Virus record (IMG/VR): IMGVR_UViG_3300021130_000224
Coordinates: 44,422 to 108,421 of that record
DNA length: 64,000 nt
From: a virus
Strand: one strand, 5' to 3'
Below the pieces are notes generated by a model. The model ran no database searches. It was not told where the DNA came from and saw only the letters and a list, made by a program, of their open reading frames with translations. This document shows positions 58,893 to 64,000 of this stretch, piece after piece. The position numbers and the translations under genes are program-made. Position 1 is the stretch's first letter; each line of letters starts with the position of its first letter.

Positions 58893-59361
58893 TGTTTGAT
58901 TCTATATCATCTGAAAGCTCCTTTAACTCCTCATCTTTGTAATACTTAAACTTACCACCATTAAGATAAGCAACGGTTGCTTTCATGTATTGAAAGTCAT
59001 TGTACTTAGGGTCTTTATGGTTGTAACTAGCTACTTTCCTCAACTCTATTTCTACCTTGAGGCAGTAGAGCATATCTTCGTCTGTAAATCCTGCAGCTTT
59101 CTTTGCTTCTTTATATGCTTTGAAGGTTTCTTCTTTCTTGTCTCTCAAACCTCTGGTACCGGTAAACTTCCTGCCTTTAAATAAGAAGTTCATACTTGCC
59201 GGATATGTACACCACCACTCTTGAAACGCTTCAGGGTAATCGTCTTCTGCCTTCTTCTGTCGAACTGGTCTGTATTGTTTGTGCCAGTCCTCGTAACCAC
59301 CATCAGGATTGCTCTGTAAGAACTCCTTAATGTTATTAAATTGAGGTAGTGTTACTGACAT
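58885..59361 (-). CDS. Putative replication accessory protein
   Basis: F.EWW..YP ... YLN motif, located between the polymerase and the helicase. Confidence 0.5.
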   Translation of the reverse strand: MSVTLPQFNNIKEFLQSNPDGGYEDWHKQYRPVRQKKAEDDYPEAFQEWWCTYPASMNFLFKGRKFTGTRGLRDKKEETFKAYKEAKKAAGFTDEDMLYCLKVEIELRKVASYNHKDPKYNDFQYMKATVAYLNGGKFKYYKDEELKELSDDIESNSA

Positions 59362-59416
59362 TTTGTGTATTTGAAAAGGGTTACGAATTTACAATAAATA
59401 ACCGGTACTTGCAAGT

Positions 59417-62400
59417 TTAAAACAAACTAAATTGACCGTTTTCTTTTGCTTTTCTTTGAATAACTTTTTCTGGCTCTATCTTGTCAATTATGACATATGC
59501 CTGGTCTATATAAAACTGATAATCAATTCCATAATCTTCCCAATTCTGTAATTTGAAAGGTCTGTTAAACAATACTTGCTGATTACTTTTTGATTCACAA
59601 GTAGATGTTTCCGGGCCAGTCTTATCAGAAGAAGCTTTCTTGATTTTATAAAGCTTTTCACCTTTACCTTTAGAGCAATAGTAACGTATCATTTTGTTTA
59701 GATCAGTTACAGTACCTATCTTTCTATCTACCTGACGATAGAAGTAATCTCTGGATGCCTTTTTTGCTATACAAAAGTCAAAGATGTTACGGTGATTTTT
59801 GATAGTATCTGCTACAACAATACCTTGAGTGAAGTACTTCTCCAATGCTATTGGAATAATACATTTGCTCTTATTCTTATACAGCTCATAACTTGTCAGG
59901 AAATCACCCTTTTTCTTTGTTCTTGCTTCAATAGATTTATTAATTGGAACAGCTTGAAACTTGTCATCTTTCCACATCCAATCAGCTTTCTTGACAGCTA
60001 TGTAATCGTTTACTGAAGTTTGAGCAAACATCTCATACTCTACGTACTCAAGGTTGCCCAATACATCATTACCAACTTCTGCTTCCCAGTCTTTACATAT
60101 CTCATAATACTCTTGTATTCTGTCTACTGGTACAAGACATTCCATACCATCTGTATTAGCAGAAGTAATCTTAAAACCAGCTATGCAAAAATCTTCAATG
60201 AGCATAAATAGATCTATCTGACCACCTATAGTAACTTTCATGCCGGCAAAAGCATCATACTGCCAATCATAAGTATCACCAAGTTTACCAAAAGAACCAT
60301 TAAGTATCAATTTATAGGTTTCTTGAAAATTGTCATATTTCTTATCACCTGTTTCTTTAAATTTCTTTTTGGCCTCAAGTCGCTTAGAGATATTCAATAC
60401 ATATGCTTCATTCCATTTAGGACCAAGATGTACTGGATAAATACCCCTTTTACGAATAATATTTGGATACATTGCATTTATGTTAGCTTACTGTCTCCAG
60501 TAAGATCGGACTATATCATAATTTCTTTTAGTTCCTGAGTCCATAAATATCCATAAGCTGTAGGTTTTTTACCTGAACAAGCTCCGTATATCGGACCTCT
60601 TTTGTATGTTGGATTTTCTGTCAATATTTCAAGCATGGTATTCCAAGTTTTAATTAAATCACCATCTTTTGATAATTGATGTATTAGGTATCTCGAACGA
60701 GATTTTGATAAATTCACACTCATTTCTTTTAATTTATTTGGATTATTTTTCCAGAAATCATGTGAACATTTCTTTCGTTCTTCAGGGTCCTGAAATCTTT
60801 TGATTTGAGCAGTTCTAAGTTTCTCACGAGTATCATTACTTACAATTAAACCTGTAGATGAATCTTCTCTTTTATTATAACCAAATTTTGGATTTAGCGA
60901 GTCTAAATGCTTCATCCAATACAGCTCCTTTTCTGCCATTACAGAAACTTCTGTATATTCTGCTACAAAATATTCAAATGAGTCTCGACCGTATTTATGC
61001 CAGGCACGTATCAGGTGATCATTCTCCCTATCTCTTAATTTCTTATTCAGAGCAGTTACATGATCATTAATTCTCCTATAGATACATAATGCCTTACCGA
61101 CATAAACTTTACCGTTTTTGGTATTCCTAATTACATATATACCCGACTTTCTTAAATCTCTGCTTCTAAATAATTTCATAATGCAAATTTAATAAAGTTA
61201 GATGGATATATCCAACACATTCAAAGAACTTTTTTGAAACTTTCCCTGTTTAGTCTCTGAACCTTCATCCGACCCTGTGGATGCTTGGCTGCTGATTGGC
61301 TAATCCTTATCTCTTTTACTATACTGTAGTCATTACTGCTACAGGGAGTGTACAAGGCTCTAAAGCTATTCCAGTCAATTTAAGGAATTTTAGTTGGGCC
61401 ATATTGTCCTTAACCCAACGTCTGCAGAAATAAGAATATGACCTTCAGGTATATGTATTTTTTTAGGCTTGTCTTGTGAATGACAGCCACCTTTAGCAAA
61501 CATAAAAGTTGTACCATTTTGAATAAGTGGAAACTCTTGTTTCTCATTAAGATTGATTTTTACATTGCCTACATCTTTGAAAAAATCTTGAAATTGCTTT
61601 GTTTGAAATTTCATGTAATCAGGGTAACAATCTTTAAAACAGAAACCAGTTTTGGTTTTTCTCTCTTTTACCTTTTTGTATAGCTGATCTTCATTTAACT
61701 TTGATAGACTGAGATAAGATTTTTTATTGAGCTCTGTACCAATTTTTACATCATTCCAGTTAATAGCTGTATGCGGTAACTTGTACTCATCAATCAGATC
61801 AAGACGAAGCTGTACTTTGTTCTTACCTTTATAATCAGGATGATCAGTATCACCAGTACATGCTTTATACAGGTTGTAAGTAGCAAATACATCATTATAA
61901 CAGTAAGCTATTACTTCATCTATCTCTTCAGAAGTTAACTCCTCTTTTCTGAAATCTATTGGTAATTCTTCAATATCACCATCCAATGAAAACTCTGTCC
62001 ACTTTAAGGACGTTCTCTTAGCATCATTATTAAAATGAAGTAGAAGGAACAAATCAATTTGCTTGAAACTAAGGTAGTATTCTTTATATTTTGGTGGTAA
62101 ATCATAGTTTCTATCATCAATTGTTTTTTGTGCAAAATAGAAGATCTCATCAAGCACTTGTCTCCAGGTATAATGTGTCCAATCTTCATGATTATCAATT
62201 ATGTGCTGTAACACTTGTCCGTCAAAGTGTACACCATTATAGGTAATCAGAAAATCTCTATCATACTCTAACAAATGCTTGACAAGACCATCTATCTCAT
62301 TCTTCCTGAAAGATATCTCAAACTCAAACTTTTTGTCTTGTTGAGGATCATAACCACAGTAAAGAAACATACAAAAATATGTTTCTATGTCACAAATTTC

Positions 62401-62424
62401 TACTTTCAGGTCGTTAGTATTCAT
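59417..62424 (-). CDS. Family B DNA polymerase split by a group I intron (exons 62424-61413 and 60474-59417, 689 aa spliced)
   Basis: Exonuclease motifs DIET, YNG.HFD, YC.NDV. Motif A is restored as DVG-S-MYP, motif B is KLILNGSFGK, motif C is NTDG. Confidence 0.92.
60511..61179 (-). CDS. Intron-encoded GIY-YIG homing endonuclease with NUMOD1-like C-terminus
   Basis: SGIYVIRN...YVGKA...R...H, E..W, GYN, then AC.GK..TAYGYLW. Confidence 0.92.
   Translation of the reverse strand: MKLFRSRDLRKSGIYVIRNTKNGKVYVGKALCIYRRINDHVTALNKKLRDRENDHLIRAWHKYGRDSFEYFVAEYTEVSVMAEKELYWMKHLDSLNPKFGYNKREDSSTGLIVSNDTREKLRTAQIKRFQDPEERKKCSHDFWKNNPNKLKEMSVNLSKSRSRYLIHQLSKDGDLIKTWNTMLEILTENPTYKRGPIYGACSGKKPTAYGYLWTQELKEIMI
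61184..61191 (-). promoter_or_regulatory. TAAATTTG -7 promoter element inside the intron
   Basis: Exact TAnnTTTG 4 nt upstream of the endonuclease ATG. Confidence 0.55.
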
Positions 62425-62431
62425 AAACTAT

Positions 62432-62668
62432 TTATTTAAAAGTTACATCTTCATCTTCTATAATTATCTCAGGTTTCTTTTCTTGTTTAGGGGCAGAAGT
62501 TGTTACAATTATTGCATCTGCAAAGCTATCTAAACCTACCTGTAGCTTAGTAAACATTTGCAAGTCTACAGGTTGTTGACACAGCTCCTTTAACAGTTCT
62601 TTTTCCCGGTCATTTGATGGTACTAATACCAGTTGTATCTTCCCGTTGATAATAAAATTCGTCTTCAT
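62432..62668 (-). CDS. Hypothetical protein
   Basis: Coupled ORF. Confidence 0.55.
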   Translation of the reverse strand: MKTNFIINGKIQLVLVPSNDREKELLKELCQQPVDLQMFTKLQVGLDSFADAIIVTTSAPKQEKKPEIIIEDEDVTFK

Positions 62669-63009
62669 GCTTTACAATTTTTGCAGTCAGCTATTTGTGA
62701 CATCAGCTTCATACTATGAACAATAAGTTTTTCCTTAGCAGTAATACCTGTCACTTTAGTATTTCTGTCAATATAAAATGTTGCAGCTTTTACCCTAACA
62801 TCTCTTCTTGCATTCTGAAGATTCATAAGAATTTCTTTTTTACGAGCTTCAGATGCAATCCATCTTTGTTGGCCGGTTGGTCTTGCATAAACCTGACTAA
62901 TAAATTCCCGGCTGGCTCGAGGTTTTGGTACAGGACTATAAACTGTGCCCATAATTGCAGTACCTGCCATAACGAGGATTCCTCCTACTTTGTTTCTTTT
63001 TAGTCTCAT
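62665..63009 (-). CDS. Basic hypothetical protein
   Basis: ORF in operon context. Confidence 0.5.
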   Translation of the reverse strand: MRLKRNKVGGILVMAGTAIMGTVYSPVPKPRASREFISQVYARPTGQQRWIASEARKKEILMNLQNARRDVRVKAATFYIDRNTKVTGITAKEKLIVHSMKLMSQIADCKNCKA

Positions 63010-63039
63010 GTTTTTGAATTTTTGATTGTGAGTAAAAAT

Positions 63040-63567
63040 TTATAAACCTTTTTTGATTTTTTCTATACAGAGCATATAACCAATGCAATCAACTATCGAG
63101 TCTCTTTTTTCACAATTATCCTGGTTGGCCCGGCATATTTTTAACCAGCCCATTGCTAAACCAACTTGTTCTGATGTGATCTTTGTTTTAAAGATTACTT
63201 CCCAACCTTTAGCAATGTCAGCAAAGTTATCTGATGTCTTACCGTAGTCTTTCTCACGGTCACCATATACAAGTGATTGTGCTTCTTCTGCTACTGTTTT
63301 ACTTTGGGGAGGAGTAATATCTGCTACAGGTATTGTCACTGGTTTTACATAAGGTATAAGATCAGATTCGTTATAAAGATTACCTGTTACTCGTTTATTT
63401 GATGTATTGCAAACATAAAAACTTGAACCTATGTCTGCTATATACAAGTAGTTTTGACCTGTAGTCTGTGCAATTTCCCAAAATTCACATTGATTTAATT
63501 TAATTGTACCACTAGTCTTTGTTATTGGTACTACTTTATCTCCTATTTTATACTTTGGATTCTCCAT
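63040..63567 (-). CDS. DUF6378-like (dNTP diphosphohydrolase-type) domain protein
   Basis: C-terminal A..LV.GDR..DYG...NF..IA..W...LKI.R...DS.VD..GY. Confidence 0.7.
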   Translation of the reverse strand: MENPKYKIGDKVVPITKTSGTIKLNQCEFWEIAQTTGQNYLYIADIGSSFYVCNTSNKRVTGNLYNESDLIPYVKPVTIPVADITPPQSKTVAEEAQSLVYGDREKDYGKTSDNFADIAKGWEVIFKTKITSEQVGLAMGWLKICRANQDNCEKRDSIVDCIGYMLCIEKIKKGL

Positions 63568-63579
63568 TTTTAATTTGCT

Positions 63580-63774
63580 TTAATAAGATTCAAATTCCAT
63601 TTTACGACCAAACGGTCCCGGATCATTTTGGTTGTTGTATTCTGTACACATCTTCCGGGCTTCTTCTATACTAAGATTGTTCCTTACAGGTGTCTTTCTA
63701 CCAAGAGCAGGAACTAACTTACCCTTAGCATCTTTCTTCCACCAAGTACGAATAAATGTTCTGTAGTTATTCAT
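63580..63774 (-). CDS. Hypothetical protein
   Basis: Y..F.RTWW...GRK...EAR..C..YN motif. Confidence 0.55.
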   Translation of the reverse strand: MNNYRTFIRTWWKKDAKGKLVPALGRKTPVRNNLSIEEARKMCTEYNNQNDPGPFGRKMEFESY

Positions 63775-63779
63775 AAGTT

Positions 63780-64000
63780 TTAATTTTCTATAGGCATGTA
63801 CAATATGTCCTCTATTCTTTCTTTCAGCTCCTTGGTTAATTCTTTCTCTCTATAAATGGATTCAAATAATTTTTTTGCTTCTTCTATCCACTTATTCTCT
63901 ACAGGTGGTACAGGTACTTCCATTAAACCTATTAATACATCATCGTTTTCTGTTACAAATTCATTAAGTTTATCTGCTACAGGTTTTGATGTTGTAGTAT
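63780..64000 (-). CDS. Partial hypothetical protein (starts beyond the window)
   Basis: Open frame ...TTTSKPVADKL...YMPIEN* running in from the window end. Confidence 0.5.
   Translation of the reverse strand, partial: TTTSKPVADKLNEFVTENDDVLIGLMEVPVPPVENKWIEEAKKLFESIYREKELTKELKERIEDILYMPIEN

Larger units (their letters stand above)
60475..61412 (-). ncRNA. Group I intron (938 nt) in polB
   Basis: P1 GTTGGGT/GCCCAAC with U.G at the splice site, P AATTGACTGGAA, Q AATCAGCAG, R TCAGAGACTA (61251-61260), S GATATAGTCC, terminal G at 60475. Confidence 0.92.

Noticed and set aside
59417-62424. Naturally split two-subunit polymerase or intein
   Set aside because: RNA core elements and an in-frame splice junction are present, and no intein Cys/His-Asn termini are seen.
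1-64000. Stop-codon reassignment (TAG or TGA), known in some Crassvirales
   Set aside because: Very long ORFs are intact under code 11, and TAG/TGA end genes at sensible coupled positions. The two apparent gene breaks are explained by introns.
1-64000. tRNA/rRNA genes, reverse transcriptase/DGR, integrase
   Set aside because: None recognised by eye, and intergenic space is minimal. A tRNAscan/Infernal run would be needed to exclude small RNAs formally.

Overview
AT-rich dsDNA phage genome segment whose gene content and order match a crAss-like phage (Crassvirales-related, probable Bacteroidota host: TAnnTTTG promoters, no obvious Shine-Dalgarno sites, standard genetic code). The + strand (1-39.4 kb) is the virion/late module: a tail stabilisation (muzzle-like) protein, two modular proteins punctuated by xxGG-like motifs (one with an ADP-ribosyltransferase-like domain), a 5251-aa virion RNA polymerase ending in SLOG and NADAR domains, an M28-like peptidase/ATP-grasp ligase cassette, a 1835-aa polyvalent cargo protein, Ser/Thr-rich small proteins around a glycosyltransferase, and lysis-type membrane proteins. 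The - strand (39.4-64 kb) is the replication/early module: nucleases, RecA, two RepL-like proteins each with a structured upstream region, MazG, UDG, primase, SSB, AAA ATPase, DnaB and family B DNA polymerase. Two group I introns could be mapped to the nucleotide by hand: one in polB carrying a GIY-YIG endonuclease and an ORF-less one in a DUF932-like gene. All family calls come from motif recognition by eye, not database searches.
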